Positions 25,426 through 39,258 of a stretch of 64,000 nt of DNA are shown here, one piece after another. The translations under genes and the position numbers were made by a program. Position 1 is the first letter of the stretch, and each line of letters starts with the position of its first letter. Below the pieces are notes generated by a model. It was not told where the DNA came from, did not search any database, and worked only from the letters and a program-made list of their open reading frames with translations. Origin of the DNA: Rhynchobatus australiae (lineage: Eukaryota); NCBI GenBank assembly GCA_034780895.1, contig JAUZTB010000072.1:14968508-15032507 (forward strand), in the 5' to 3' direction.

Positions 25426-27079
25426 ACGTAGTGCAAGCTGGATCTACTTACCAGACTGTTAACTAGAGTCTTGCTGGCAGAGTCACACCTCAGACCCAGT
25501 TAGAACTATTCCTAGTAATTGGAACCTTGTTGCCAGGTTCTGTATCTAGGTATTAGAGTTTCACCAGTTTACCTTAAGTCATTAAAAACAATAGCCACAA
25601 TAGTACAGAACAATCGAATATGGCAGCCACTGTGGCTTCAGGAGGGGCAGACTTCCTTCGAGGGAGTGTTTAGGAGAAACCAAGTTACTGCCAAAATTAC
25701 AATTGGCCCAAGCAGCCCATGTTGGTACTTAACCTCTGCATGCCTCCCAATCCCCTTTCTTTAAACTAGTGATGTAATCTTAATGTTGTCACAGTCTCTG
25801 CTTCTATCATTAACTTGAGTGTATGTTCTACAAGATTACCTCTCCATAAAAAAAATTCTAATGCACTCTCCTAAATCTCTTAGCTTTAAAGTTATATCTC
25901 CCTTCCCTCCCTATCCGTTACAAGAATGGACTATTTTTANNNNNNNNNNNNNNNNNNNNNNNNNNNNNNNNNNNNNNNNNNNNNNNNNNNNNNNNNNNNN
26001 NNNNNNNNNNNNNNNNNNNNNNNNNNNNNNNNNNNNNNNNNNNNNNNNNNNNNNNNNNNNNNNNNNNNNNNNNNNNNNNNNNNNNNNNNNNNNNNNNNNN
26101 NNNNNNNNNNNNNNNNNNNNNNNNNNNNNNNNNNNNNNNNNNNNNNNNNNNNNNNNNNNNNNNNNNNNNNNNNNNNNNNNNNNNNNNNNNNNNNNNNNNN
26201 NNNNNNNNNNNNNNNNNNNTTTGCTATCTCAGCCGCTGCTTTGCAATTCCCTCCCTGAACCTTTTTTAACATTCACCTCCTTGACCAAGCTTTTAGTTAC
26301 TCCTCACGTCTCTGTCATCCTTTCATATTCATGTATCTCAGACTGCGTTTATGAAAAATGTCTGGGATAATTAAGGGTGCTGTGCCTCTATCCTCAGTGT
26401 TGTAACAACTAACATCACCCCTTTTCCTGTACAATGTGAGCTTGTGTAGGTCACTGCTGTACAGTATGACCATCTATCTCCTAGAAATAGTGTGTACATG
26501 TCCTTGTGGGCACTGTGACCCCTCTGTGCTTTTTAATGCTATAGTAGCAGTCTTCACTGAACGCCTCCCCACCTGTATATAGTGTTGCACTATAACTCCT
26601 CGTTTTACAGTCCTCAGTGGGATTTTATGTATCTCGTCAAATCTTTTGCAACGGATTTCTAATCAGGGACACCCCCATTGTTTCTTTTGCCAATGCAAGG
26701 AGCCGCCTGTGAAAGTCTTCACATCTTCCATTTCCTTTTTATAATATGGCGGCCAAGACTGTGCATCATACTCCAAGCACAATATTGGGTTCTGCATGCA
26801 GCCTGATGCCATCTAGCTCTATCTCATTACCTTTCTCAGTCCTCCCCAGCTCCAATGTGCCTCAATCCAGCAATGGTTGAAAGGTTTTCTCCAATACACC
26901 ACAGTATTCACAAACTCTTTTCCCAGGCCAATGCCTTCATCTCACTCCCGGCCACCACCACCATCTCTCTACCCCTGGCCACCGCCTTCTTTATAACCTC
27001 AGTATCATATTTAACCCTGCAATGAGTATCAGACCCCACATTTGTTCTGTCACTTTCTTGGCTCAGTTGTTGCTGAAAT

Positions 27080-27465
27080 CGTCATCCATCATACAGCAGA
27101 GAAACAGGCCCTCCAACCCACCTTGTCTGTGCTGGCCATGATGCCGGTATAACTAATCCCATCTGCCTGCACATGGTCTGTGTCTTGCCATTCCCTGTCT
27201 GTTCAGGTGTTTGACTAAATGTTGCTATTGTATCTGCTTCGACCAGCTCATGGCAGCGCAGTCCAGGCACCTAACTTGNNNNNNNNNNNNNNNNNNNNNN
27301 NNNNNNNNNNNNNNNNNNNNNNNNNNNNNNNNNNNNNNNNNNNNNNNNNNNNNNNNNNNNNNNNNNNNNNNNNNNNNNATGGCAGCGCAGTCCAGGCACC
27401 TAACTTGTCTCGCACATCTCAGTTAAACATTCCCCCTCTCATCTTAAATCTGTGCCCTTGAGTAT
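27080..27465 (-). mobile_element. CR1 LINE 3' end, reverse orientation, spanning a gap
   Basis: atacagcagagaaacaggccctccaaccc is the reverse complement of the common CR1/HE1 tail. The minus-strand ORF remnant reads ELVEADTIATF. Confidence 0.65.
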
Positions 27466-29315
27466 TTAACAGTTGCACCCCAGCATTGTGAAGTACTAGT
27501 GGGCACAGCTAGAATTTTACTCCATAGCTCATCTTCCATCCTCATAAATGACCTCATTCAAAACTCTGCTCAAATCCCAACGTGCCTTCACCCAACACAC
27601 CACACTCGCTGACTCCTGTATTTGTTCCCAATCCCCTCAAATTTAACATTCCTTACTTTCAAACCCTTCCATGTCCTTGGATCCTCCTTTCCCCCTGTAA
27701 CATCCTCCAGCCTTGTGCTCCTGGACAGTCTATGTCCTTATTTTAAATTATTTCACCATCAGAAGCAGCGCTAGCAGCTGCTTGGGCCTAAAGCCCCAGA
27801 ATTCTCTCCGTAACCAGCCTCTCCTTTATGATATTTGACCACTTTTGTTCCTCTTCACGTGGCTTAGTGTCAAGTTCTGTTTGCTCTCACATTTATCAAA
27901 CTCCTTGGAACAACGTTATTACTTTGGTGTTACACACACATTCAAGTTTTTGTTGTTGTTGTTGTATAGCCAAGTTTCTGTACTAGTTTAACATAACCCC
28001 TTAGTTTACAATTTTGTTCCCCCAGAAATGAACCACAAGTGCTTGGTTTGCTTTTTCTGATCACTGCCTTTATTAACCTGTGTTATTCTGCAATCTAATT
28101 CCATCCATGTAATAATACCAGACTCTATCCGCCTTAGTGCAGAGTATGGGCCCTAGTTTTAGATTTCCAATCACCTCTAGCCTTGTAAAAAAAAAGTTGT
28201 TTCAATCAGATTGCCTGTTTTTCTTCAGTACAGGGCCAACCTGTTCAATCTCTCCTCACAAGAGGACCATCTGATTTCCAGGAATCGATCGAGACAGCCT
28301 TCACTGTAAGTGTGGTTTCACCAAGCCCCTGTACATTTGTACCCCACCCCCTTGCAATAAGGCCAATGTTCTATTTGCTTAAATTATTATGCCAGCTTTC
28401 TGTGGTTGTTGACCTAGATCTCTCAATGGCAACATTTGACAGTATCACACCACTTAAACAACACCCTGCTTTTTCTACTGTTCAGTCACTTAACCCTCTC
28501 TAATCCTTTTCCCACATATCTTAGTAGCATCCACAAACTGAACAACATTATACACACCCCTTCAACTATTTACAATCTACATTAATGAATTAGATAATGC
28601 TCTGATCTAGGAAGTAAACCACTAGTTATAGTTCACCAACTGGAAAATGGCCTGTTAGGTCCTTGTGTTTTCTGCTCACTAATTACCTCCCTCCATATCA
28701 CCCTCAACCCACGAGTCCTTGTGCCGTAACCTACTGGAAATCCAAATGCACAACATCCCTCCTGCCACGTGTCCTCAAAGAACCTTAAACATTTGTTTAA
28801 CATGATTTCCCTTCCATAAAGCCATATTGACTCTAAGCATATTATTTTCTAGGTGCCCCATTATCACTTCCCCAATAAAGAATTATAATGCAATCTCTTT
28901 CTTGGTGCTCTCCACTTTCCGTCTGTCTTTTGTTTATAACTGCAGTAATGTTGTTTGACTTTTGACTTCATTTTCATCAACTTTCTTTTTGCTCGACTTA
29001 GAACGGCTCACCAACTTACCCACTGACACTGCAAGTTACTCCTTGTGCTTTTGTATCACCACCCTACCTCTTCCCTTCAGAGCTACTCTTAATCTTTGTC
29101 TTCCTCAGGAAACCTTAGCAGGGCTCCTGCATTTTCCTCAATTGTCCAAATTCAAACTAGTCTCATTTACAAACCTCTCCATGACCTACCCTATCCAAAC
29201 TCTGAAACTGTCCTGTTATCCTTTGGTCCACTGACAACCTAACCTTTATCATTCTTAACTCAAATCTTAATGTAGTAGCCCGCCAGAAATTCTCTCCTCC
29301 ATCAAAGATTAACAG

Positions 29316-29440
29316 AGTCCAGATGAAGGGTCTCGATCCAAAATGTTGACGGTCCATTTCCCTCCATAGATGCTGCCTGACCTGCTGAGTTCCTCCAGCT
29401 TTATCTGTTGCTGCAGATTTCAGCATCTGCAGTCTTGTGT
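29316..29440 (+). mobile_element. Penelope-derived hammerhead-like repeat copy (best-preserved body)
   Basis: agtcCAGATGAagggtctcgatccAAAAtgTTgac...atagatgctgcctgacctgctgagttcctccagc...cagcatctgcagtc. Confidence 0.75.
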
Positions 29441-30369
29441 CTAGATTAACATCTGTATCTTGACCTTATTGGGTAGAAATGCCTTCCTAAACTCCAGCAC
29501 TTTTCTGCTGCAAAACCTTCAACAATCTATTTGACCAACTATCTTTCCCAAATCACCCCATAAGATGAACTTCAGTAGTTAGCCCAGTTACAGATCATTT
29601 ATGCCCTTACGCCATTTAGACTTGCATCTACCCCACAACTGTTAAACCATTTCAAAATTTATCTTCTGTCACTTTATTCATTTTCCAAAGATGCAACATA
29701 AATGCAAGCTGTTTAATTAAATGCCAACTTAATCATTAGAAAACCTGGCAGAGTTAATAAAGTACAGTTCATAATTATTTTGAAAGCTCTGAGCCAACTG
29801 TTAGCACTCAAGTCTAAGCTATGAATTGTTTGATAAACCTTTCACTTAGACTAAATCTGNNNNNNNNNNNNNNNNNNNNNNNNNNNNNNNNNNNNNNNNN
29901 NNNNNNNNNNNNNNNNNNNNNNNNNNNNNNNNNNNNNNNNNNNNNNNNNNNNNNNNNNNNNNNNNNNNNNNNNNNNNNNNNNNNNNNNNNNNNNNNNNNN
30001 NNNNNNNNNNNNNNNNNNNNNNNNNNNNNNNNNNNNNNNNNNNNNNNNNNNNNNNNNNNNNNNNNNNNNNNNNNNNNNNNNNNNNNNNNNNNNNNNNNNN
30101 NNNNNNNNNNNNNNNNNNNNNNNNNNNNNNNNNNNNNNNNNNNNNNNNNNNNNNNNNNNNNNNNNNNNNNNNNNNNNNNNNNNNCTACAAGACCATAAAT
30201 GATCTCTATAACTGGGCCAACCACAATGTTTTCCTTGTGTGGTTCTTCTGAAACACTTTCTCTTTGACCACCTGATTATTAAGGTACTGTGTGCAGTAGG
30301 AATGACTCAGCTGTCTGTTGTTGATGGTCAAGCATTGATGCTGACCTTCAACTGGTAACCACTGAGCCT

Positions 30370-30475
30370 GAAGAAAATCCCAGAACCTTGGAAACACTCA
30401 TCTGGTCAGGCAGCATCTATGAAGAGAGAAACATAGTTATTGTTTCAGGTCAACAATCGTTCAACAGAACAGAAA
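30370..30475 (-). mobile_element. Penelope-derived hammerhead-like repeat copy; further copies at ~30780-30860, 33038-33135, 33280-33390 and 53195-53310 (all +)
   Basis: The reverse complement reads tgttCTGTTGAacgattgttgacctGAAAcaataact...agatgctgcctgacc. Confidence 0.65.
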
Positions 30476-33400
30476 CATTAACTCAGATTCTTGTGGTGCA
30501 GATGCTGCCTGATTTAAGAGTCACAAATAAAATGCCATTAATCTGCTACCCAGCTGTTTGGAAATCTCCAATGGTTTGGCATCCAGCTCACCAAGATGTT
30601 TGCCACGCTCCTTGTCCACTCACTGGGGCCCCAGTTCCCACACTCCCTTTCAATTACCTGGTCCACTGGAACATTTATCACATTTTAAAAAGTGAATTAA
30701 AGGAGTATTGAGATATTAGTGGAGACAGCAGTCAATAGTCTGGAAAATCTTCCAGCCCAGCCCCACCAACGTTCCGAATGTGCTGGATCATCAGAGTTAC
30801 GCTGTACCTGTCTTTTCTGTTTTATTTTGGATTTCTAGCATCTGCCGTTTTTTTTTGCTTTCCAGCCAGGTACACACTAACAGCTCCCAGGCAGAATCAC
30901 TGAAAGCTGCATGTGTGCACCTGGCTGGAAATGAGAAGCAGCCACTGATTTCCTCATTCGTAATTCGCGGACAGTGAGGAACCCTTGTGGAGGCCATCTG
31001 GTCAGCATGGCTCAGGCATGTGTAGTTTGCGCTATAAATAGCAAGTTGTTATTATTACAGTGCTGGGAATAATCCCAACTGCAAGGTTTTTACAACCCTG
31101 GTTGTTTTTATTTTAATCCCAGTGGAATAATTAAACCACAACAGGCCCAAATCTATTTAAATCAGAACGTAGTCAGAAACAATTACGCCTTGAGTGGGAG
31201 AAAGCTGCTGCAGTTACCGCTCGTGTCTTTTAATCAGGGAGTATGAAAGGTCCTATATTTAAAATGTGTTCTGGTATCTTACACATTGCTGAGGCTATTA
31301 CCTTAACATATTTAACTAATTACTGACACTTAACCATCAGGATTCATTAAATGTGTACTGTCACTTCACTTTTTTTTATTGACTGGTGTCACTAGAACAT
31401 TCCAGTATTAATGTTCAAACTGTCCTACTTCACTAGTAGTGTATTCAGAGTATGAATTTTGCGATCCTCTGTAGGATGTCCCCTCAACTGCAGTGGGAAA
31501 AGCAAAATACTTGACACTTCCTAATTGTGACCTTCACTTCTCACATAACCCTCAGATCTTTAGCTCACATTCTCTGTCACACTAACTTTTTTGTAATACA
31601 ACACCCTGAACTATGTGCAGTAATTTAAATCTGACTTCTTTTTAATGATCATTGACAGAGGTTATGCTTTTTCTTCCCCTAGTGTGACCCTGAATTTGTG
31701 TAACACTCAGAGAGTGGCCGATGGAGAGGGCTGCGTAAATTCAGCACGCTTTTACTCCGTATTATGGTCGAAGCCCTCGTGCGTAAAACCCAGAATCCTG
31801 TATTTTATATCGACTATTTACCACTCCAAGAACTGTGTACCAGCGTTCCTGTGGTGTGTGCAATTGGAGTACACATTCCATCATTGTTTTTTCTCTCTGA
31901 ACAATTATGGCATTAAATCACATCTGTCACTGACCTGTCCATTCTGTAATCTGTTGACCTGTCCTTCATGACATTTCCAAGCTCTTTAACTTGGAATAAA
32001 TCATATTATTTTCCCCATTGGGTCACATATACAAGTCATTTCTATGAATAAGAAAAAGATCGCAGCGAATCGATGGGATATACCTTTACCCATAAGTCCG
32101 CACCTCTGTTTCCACAGTTAAAATCTCTTGTTTGCAACGAATCTCTATTTTGATCATGAATCTACACACAGCCATACCTGTATCGATCAACTCAATAAAT
32201 TCAAATTGTATACCAACTCTATCCTAATTGCCCCAAGAGAGGAGATACTTACATCACAGTTACTTACAGCAGTGCTGGCTTGATATTAGTGCAATCCAGA
32301 ACTAAATCCAGATCCTTACCACCTTACGTTTCTTTATTTCAGTGAAAGGTTGTCTAATCTCCCTTTAAAAGATGTGGTCTTTGACATACTTCTCATGACA
32401 AAGTATTCAATGCTCTGATAACCTTCTGCGTCATATCTTCAATATGCCTTATTCCAGCAATCATTTAAAACCTGTGGCCCACATCCCTGATCAGGCTTTT
32501 AGTGATTCTCCTAATACAATTCTCACAGCTGAAGTGTGATTGTGCATACATTGCCCTTACGAATGATGGTTAGTAAGAGGTGGCAGTACTACTTGACTGG
32601 TTGTGGTCGGTCTTCAGTGATTGTGATTCACTGATCAAACTTCCTAGCTGACTAAAGATCCTGAGCTGCACAGGGCCAACATCACCTTGGACACAGCAGC
32701 TCACTGGAGGTGCAAGAAGCGGGACCCATGATTCAGAAGCAAGCTGTGGGGAGGTAGAAAACCTCAGAGAGATCTAGAGAGGAAAGAAAAGCACACAAAC
32801 CTCAGCTCTCTCACATTTTAACAACCAAAACCCTGAACCAGAACACTAAACTTCAGCTATTTACCTCTGCTCCAGACACATCATCTGGCATTAACCATCC
32901 TCCTGCACCAGCACCACCAACACCATTGTCTCATTCATTTCCTCGGGCTCCACCCCACAACAGGTATTCCCCCTTTGTTTTCTGTACCTCTTCCTATTCC
33001 TTGCAACCTGAAACATGCACGTTTTCTAACTTTGCCTAGCTCTGACAAAAAGGCCATCAACCCAAAACATTAACTGTTTCTCTCTCCACAGTTATTCCAG
33101 CATTTTGTGTTTTTAAGATTTCCAGTATCTGCAGAGTTTCCCTTCAATGATTTTTCACTGCCTGGATTATTGTGCATTGTGCTGCTTTTCTGAATAAAGA
33201 TACAAGTTTTAAAAAAACACACAATAATCTTGGGAACAATTGATGCTGTACAAAAGCAGAGCATTAAAAAAATAACTTAGGATCTTTGACCTGAAATGTT
33301 GGCTCCATTTCTTTCCCTTCTGGTGCTGCCTGCCCTGCTGAGTATTTCCAGCATTTTCTGTTTTCATTTCAGATTTCCAGGAGTTGCATTTTTTAAAATT

Positions 33401-34989
33401 TTTTTCAGAACATTTAAAATGTTTCATTTCACTACATTGACATTAATGGTTATCACCTGGTTATCATTTCTTGGGTAATACGGGCAACCATTTAAAAATG
33501 TGAACAATGTTGGGATCTTTAAAAGGAAATTGTTTTTGATTGGTGTTATCTAATTAGACTTCTGTAAAGCATTCTGTCTTTTAAAAAAATCTGTTAAAGG
33601 TATTTTTTAAAATGTACATAATTGCAAGCAATTGTAACACAAGTATCTTTCATCGTTCTTTTTACGGTTTAAAGTCCATGCTCGTTGACCCTGTTGTTTA
33701 TTCTTTCATGCTCCTTTTCTATCTACACTGAATATTTTTTTATTCACACATTTTAACTGGTGATTACAACAGCCCAACTTCTTAAATATTAATGGACAAT
33801 TATTTAAATTGGGCATTACTCTACAAAATGGGTGGGAATAGTTTTACTCATTCTGTTCACACTGTCTCACTTCATTTCCTCAAGCCTGTCAGTCATATTT
33901 TAATCATTCAGTTCTGTTCCAGTCTTTCCAAACCCATTTACCAGATCCTCATGCTATACATCTCCCCAATAATCACAGCAGCATTTATGACATTCCCAAG
34001 AATGTTATATTCCTGAATCACTGAAAAATCCTAAGGAAGTTTAGTAACTAATTTTTGTCCCGCAATCAAATGTTTGGTTCCAGGATAAGTTGGAAGTCAA
34101 GATGAGAACAACTCTCAGCAACTTTTCCCTGTGATAACTTATTTTCAGGTCTTTCTCTTCACACTCTCCCAACAACCCCAAGAGCAGAGATTTTCTCCTT
34201 CCCAAGAATGACCATTTGTGCAACTGTTCACTGCTCTCCCAACTTTTTCTTCTAATCATCCAATGTCCCTATGTTCTGTTTTTGTCACTTTAGCTTCTCT
34301 CATTGAGCTGACCCATCCCCTGCTACCTTGAACCCCACCCAACCACTCATTTATCCACCAGATTTTTCTTTCATGTTCAGAAAGCAACTCTAGCACTCTC
34401 AAATGTCAACTGTGGCGCAAACAGTCCATCTTGACTCAGCTGTTCTCTTCTAACGTATTCCACTATGAAACTCCTAAGATATTCCAAGCACCTTGCTTCT
34501 GAGATTCCTGGCTGCAGTCCCTTCAATCCTATGTCCACCCAGCTTGAAGCACCAAAATACAGCTGGCTGAAGTCAGACTTGTGCCTGGTGCACATTATCC
34601 CATTAGTGCATTCTTCCTTACTGTATCTACTGTTGCCCAGCTCAGCAGAACTAGCCTTTCATAATAGCACTTCTATTTGCCCTAGCAAAGCCAGTGTAGT
34701 TTCATTAGTTTCTCCTTTTTCCCATTCCTTAGGGCTTATCCTTAAACCACTTCTCCAAGGTGTAACTCCCAAAATTTTCTTGCAAGTACACATCATAAAC
34801 TGAAATCATTTTTAATCCTTCAGCTTTTCTCCCCAACCAATTCCTATCCCCCTTCACATTCCAGCCACGTACAACAACCCCGTCCACATCAGAATTAAGC
34901 CCCAAGTATCACCAAGTATCGTTTGTGTTACCCACCTCCATCCTCACTGAAAACAGATCTCGTGAGACCCTGTTGTCCTCACCATCAGT

Positions 34990-35372
34990 AACATCTATAG
35001 GAAGCGCTGCCTCAAGAAGGTAACATCCATCAAAGATCCCCCCCCATCTGGGCCATGCCATCTTCTCACAGCTACCATTGGGCAGGAGCTACAGAAGCCT
35101 GAACCCCACACCACCAGGTTCAAGTTCTATCTTTTCAACTGTTTGTTCTTGATCCAACTGGCACAACCCTTATCACTAAAGTGGTCATAGTATTGCTAAA
35201 CTGTAATCATTTAGTAAATGAGACTGATTTTTGTTCTAATTGTGTATAATTTGTTTTTCTTGTGGATGCTGCTTATCTGATGCTATGTGCCTGTGATGCT
35301 GCAAGTAAGTTTTTCATTGCATCTGTGCACACATGTACTTGTGCATACGACAAACAACTTGACTTTGACTTT
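34990..35372 (+). mobile_element. Rex1/Babar LINE 3' end
   Basis: RCLKKVTSIKDPPHLGHAIFSQLPLGRSYRSL (compare Rex1 IKDPHHPGHxLFSLLPSGRRYRSL), with a GACTTT-repeat tail. Confidence 0.75.
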
Positions 35373-35624
35373 CTGCACAGCTTTACCTACAAAACTGCAA
35401 GTAAAAATATAATACAGGCTCTCCCCTGGTTGTGGACTCCTCTCTATGAACAAGCTCCCATAATATTGTTAAATTCAAAAGTCTGATGCCTGTACACGTT
35501 CATTCCCGCAAATGGCAGAACTAGTTTTCTTTCTCCCCACTTCTGGTAATTGTTTTGTTCTTTCTCATCAATCTTCAGTGCATTTGATGCAATTCATTAC
35601 AGTACTGTGGAGATATGGTTCCCA

Positions 35625-36135
35625 TATCTTCAAGTTCCTTGGAGTATACTTCACCAATAGCCCATCCTGGTCCAACCATATAGACACCACGGCCAAGAAA
35701 GCTCACTAGCACCTCTACTTCCTCAGGAGCTAAAGAAATTTGGCATATCCCCCTTGACTTTCATCGACGTCTATCAATGCACCATGGAAAGCATTCTATC
35801 TGGATGCATTACAGCTTGGTATGGCAACTGCTCTGCCCAGAACCGCAAGAAACTGCAGAGAGTTTTGGACACAGCCCAGCACATCAGAAACTAGCCTCCC
35901 CTCCATGGACTCTGTCTATACCTCTCGTTGCCTTGGTGAAGCATAATCAAAAAACCCCACCCACCCGGGTCATTCTCTCCTCCCCCGTCCCATCAAACAT
36001 ACCACCATGCTCAAGGACAGCTTCCACCCCACTGCTATAAAGACAATTGAATGAGATGGACTCTTGACCTCACAACCTACCTTGTTATGACCTTGCACCT
36101 TATTGTCTACCTGCAATGCACTTCCCTGTAGCTGT
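35625..36135 (+). mobile_element. Rex1/Babar LINE RT C-terminal fragment
   Basis: FKFLGVYFTNSPSWSNHIDTTAKKAH*HLYFLR...CTMESILSGCITAWYGNCSAQNRKKLQR, with a stop codon and frameshifts. Confidence 0.85.
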
Positions 36136-38221
36136 NNNNNNNNNNNNNNNNNNNNNNNNNNNNNNNNNNNNNNNNNNNNNNNNNNNNNNNNNNNNNNNNN
36201 NNNNNNNNNNNNNNNNNNNNNNNNNNNNNNNNNNNAAGGATGTGACTTAAAGTGGGTTGGGCTGAGTTTGGATGAGTTTACTGATTATAGTGGATGGCTA
36301 AGAGAGTGTTGGAATGGTCACTCCAAGTGTAACCAGAAGTGTGGATAATAGTGACCTGTAAGGAATGGTGGTTTTGAAAGTTCAAGGTGAGGTGCTTTAA
36401 TGAAGAGAAGATCCCAGAGTAATAGAAGATCAAAGTGCTATTTGGGGAACAGGACCACCATGCTAGTTTGGACAGGGTACCAGGTAAGGTGAAAGATGTT
36501 ATGTTCCTTGAGTCCAGTTTCCATCCAGGCCATAATATCAATGAAAGCATCGTAATGTTAGGAAGGACTATATATTTCAAGAATATATAATTACAGAAGG
36601 AAATACAGAGAGGGAAATGACTGTTTATCTACTGATAGGCCAAGAAGGGATGTGTGAGTGGCATGGCAAGATTAGCTCTTTGAAAGTCTACTGGATGGAA
36701 ATGTTGACAAGAAAGTACTGTTATTATTTTGGCATTGTGTGTGAGCAGGAACTTATGCAGAGAACTCCAGAAATATTAATTAAGTACTTGCTTGTACATC
36801 TGTAATGCATATAATGATGTTTAATGTGCTCCTTCATAATTTAATTGTTGCACAAATCCTTGTTTGTATAGAAGCAGGAATGGGTGTCTATATAAATGAA
36901 TCAGAGAATGTTAAGGTAAGCCCAATATTTAAACCTAATTTAATCTATGCCCAGTTTGGTTGATGCTCCTAATCAAGCCATTACTTTCATACCTACTTCT
37001 CCTTGCTCTTTGACTTGATGGGCAAGTGGCCTGTTCCTGCTCCTATTTTCTTATATTCTTATGTTTACTTCTGTGGCAACATTCCCCCTATATCCTCTAC
37101 TCCTGTTACCCAGAAAATGATGGTCTCCAACTCTAACCACCTCTCCTTAACATTCAGTGGCATGTCCAGCATTGACTGCTCATCATTATTATTCTGATGC
37201 AGGAGTGGGGTCACAGGAATTTATCCATCAGGAGTCAAGCATTCAACAGTGGCAGAAGATTAGGAAAATAAAAGAAGGATATTGATCCTGCTAGGTATCT
37301 GGTGAAGCAATGTGCAGTAAAACTCTGATAATCCACTGTGTCTGGAACTTAATTGGTGCCAAGCTTGTGGATTTTATGGCACATGGAATGTTATTTCCAT
37401 TAATTCCTCAACTCTCTTTTAATTCAGAATCAGAATCAGATTTATTATCACTGACTTATATGACTTGAAATTTGTTGTCTTGCAGCAGCAGTACAGTAAA
37501 AAGACATAACACTTTACAGTGTGATAAATTTTCCTTTGAAACAGGTGAGTTGTCCTGGATGGTGTCAAGCTTCACGTGTTGTAGAAGCAGCACTCATTTA
37601 GGCAACTAGGGCTTCCTCTGACACATGTAATTACTTGTGCCTTGTAGGCCATGGAAAAGCTGTAAGGAGGTGAGTTACTCAACAGGCACACACCCATCCT
37701 CTGTCCTTGTCCCATAGCCACTGTGCTATTGTAATTGGTTATGCAAGGTTTCTTGTCAATGGTAACTAAAATGTTGATGATCAACAATCTATGCTGGAAA
37801 AGCCTTTGAGCATTATAGAGGTTTGTTAGATGCTCCCTTTTTGTGGATGGCTGTTGCCTGGGTAACAAAAAGGGGAGGAGATTTGAGAGAAACATATGAG
37901 GAGTGAAAGGAATGAGAAGAAAAATGCAGTCACATGCTGTGACATGTTTTGTAGACAGTGGAAAGGCTTTGGGATGACAGGTTGTGCGTCAACTAAAGGG
38001 CAGTTAAGTTGTGTGTGTGAGGATCTTTAGAGGAATCCTCATTAACACATCATGGAAAGGATTAGAATTGACACAGCCTGGGTGTAACAGAAATCAGGGC
38101 GCAGACAACGTGAGAGAGACTGGGGTGAGTGTTGCAGGGTGCAGTACGCTTGGAGTATCAACAAACCTATGTTAAACACTTACAGAGAGAACCTGAGTCT
38201 GAGAGATTTTAGAAGGGGGGA

Positions 38222-38382
38222 GTCACTTTATTCTGTGACAGTTTACTCTGTATTCTGTTATTGTTTTTATCCTGTACTACCTCAATGCACTGTGTAATGA
38301 ATTGATCTGTATGTATGGTATGCAAGACAAATTTTTCACTGTACCTCAGTACAAGTGACAATAATAAACCAGTACCAATATC
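38222..38382 (+). mobile_element. Rex1/Babar-type 3' UTR tail
   Basis: Ends in tttcactgtacctcagtacaagtgacaataataaaccagtaccaata. Family assigned by recall and by similarity to the tail at ~35300-35370. Confidence 0.55.
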
Positions 38383-38979
38383 AAGTGATTGTTGTGTATT
38401 TTCTGACTTATGGACGTTTGTAAAAACAGAACCCATTCATTAACCAGGGACAGCCCTGGCTAATAGTTAACTTTCAGGACCAGGTTTCACCAACATCCTT
38501 CCAGTCCTTTCATCCAGAGTTTTACTTTGCAGTCCTCCCACATTGGAACCTGCTTGTTTCCTCTCAGAAGTGTTTAGAATCCTCACCTTGAAGTACCTCT
38601 GGATTTATTTTTTGGTACAAAAAAGTAGAAAAGTTTTTAAATCTTTAAATTTTGAGTGAAATTAAGTCATTCCTTGTATCTGAATCACTGAAAGTTAATG
38701 TGCTGCTCTAGTTTAGACTACAAGAAGGCAAATGTTGGAATTTACTCCTGCTCTCAAATTCTTTTGCCAAAAAAAGAGATTTAAATTATATAGAACTCTG
38801 TTGAGTCCACACTTCAAATATCATTGGAATTCTCCATACAAGAGAGCTGTAGATGCTTGGTCACTAAGTATATCCAAGAGAGATTGATGTTTGGATATGA
38901 AGAGAATCAAGAGTGGTGGTTAGTGTAGGAAAGTGTTGCCAAGGTAAAATGATTTTCTTGAATAGTGAAAGAGGCACAA

Positions 38980-39258
38980 GGGGCAGCACAGTAGCGCAGT
39001 GGTTAACGTGATGCTATTACAGCGCCAGTGACCCGGGTTCAATTCCGGCCGCTGTCTGTAAGGAGTTCGTACATTCTCCCTGTGACTGTGTGGGTTTCCT
39101 CCAGGTGCTCCAGTTTCCTCCCACATTCCAAAGACGTACAGGTTGGGATTTGTGGGCGTGCTGTGTTGGTGCTGGAAGTGTGACGACACTCTACACAAAG
39201 ATGCCTGCATTCCATTCTGTGTTTCAATGTACATGTGACTAATAAAGAAATCTCCTTA
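38980..39258 (+). mobile_element. Near full-length tRNA-derived V-SINE; 5'-truncated copy at 45342-45493
   Basis: A box-like tagcgcagtgg, B box ggttcaattcc, V-domain gtgtgggtttcctccaggtgctccagtttcctcccaca, and tail gtacatgtgactaataaag. Confidence 0.85.

Noticed and set aside
27249-27408. Direct repeat atggcagcgcagtccaggcacctaacttg on both sides of a 100-N gap (similar cases at 9484/9639 and 20143/20256)
   Set aside because: Overlapping contig ends left unmerged by scaffolding. Not a target-site duplication or CRISPR-like repeat.
31720-31790. Resemblance to twister or HDV-like ribozymes (GGTCGAAGCCC, CTCC/GGAG)
   Set aside because: The twister L4 is one nucleotide short, the UAA cleavage loop and GC pseudoknot are absent, and no HDV P3/P1.1 can be built.
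37529-37551. tttcctttgaaacAG|GTGAGT recursive-splice-like motif
   Set aside because: It lies at a junction of repeat fragments in intergenic DNA, with no known host intron on that strand.
38980-39055. tRNA-like sequence with A and B boxes
   Set aside because: It is the head of a SINE. There is no complete cloverleaf and it continues directly into the V-domain.
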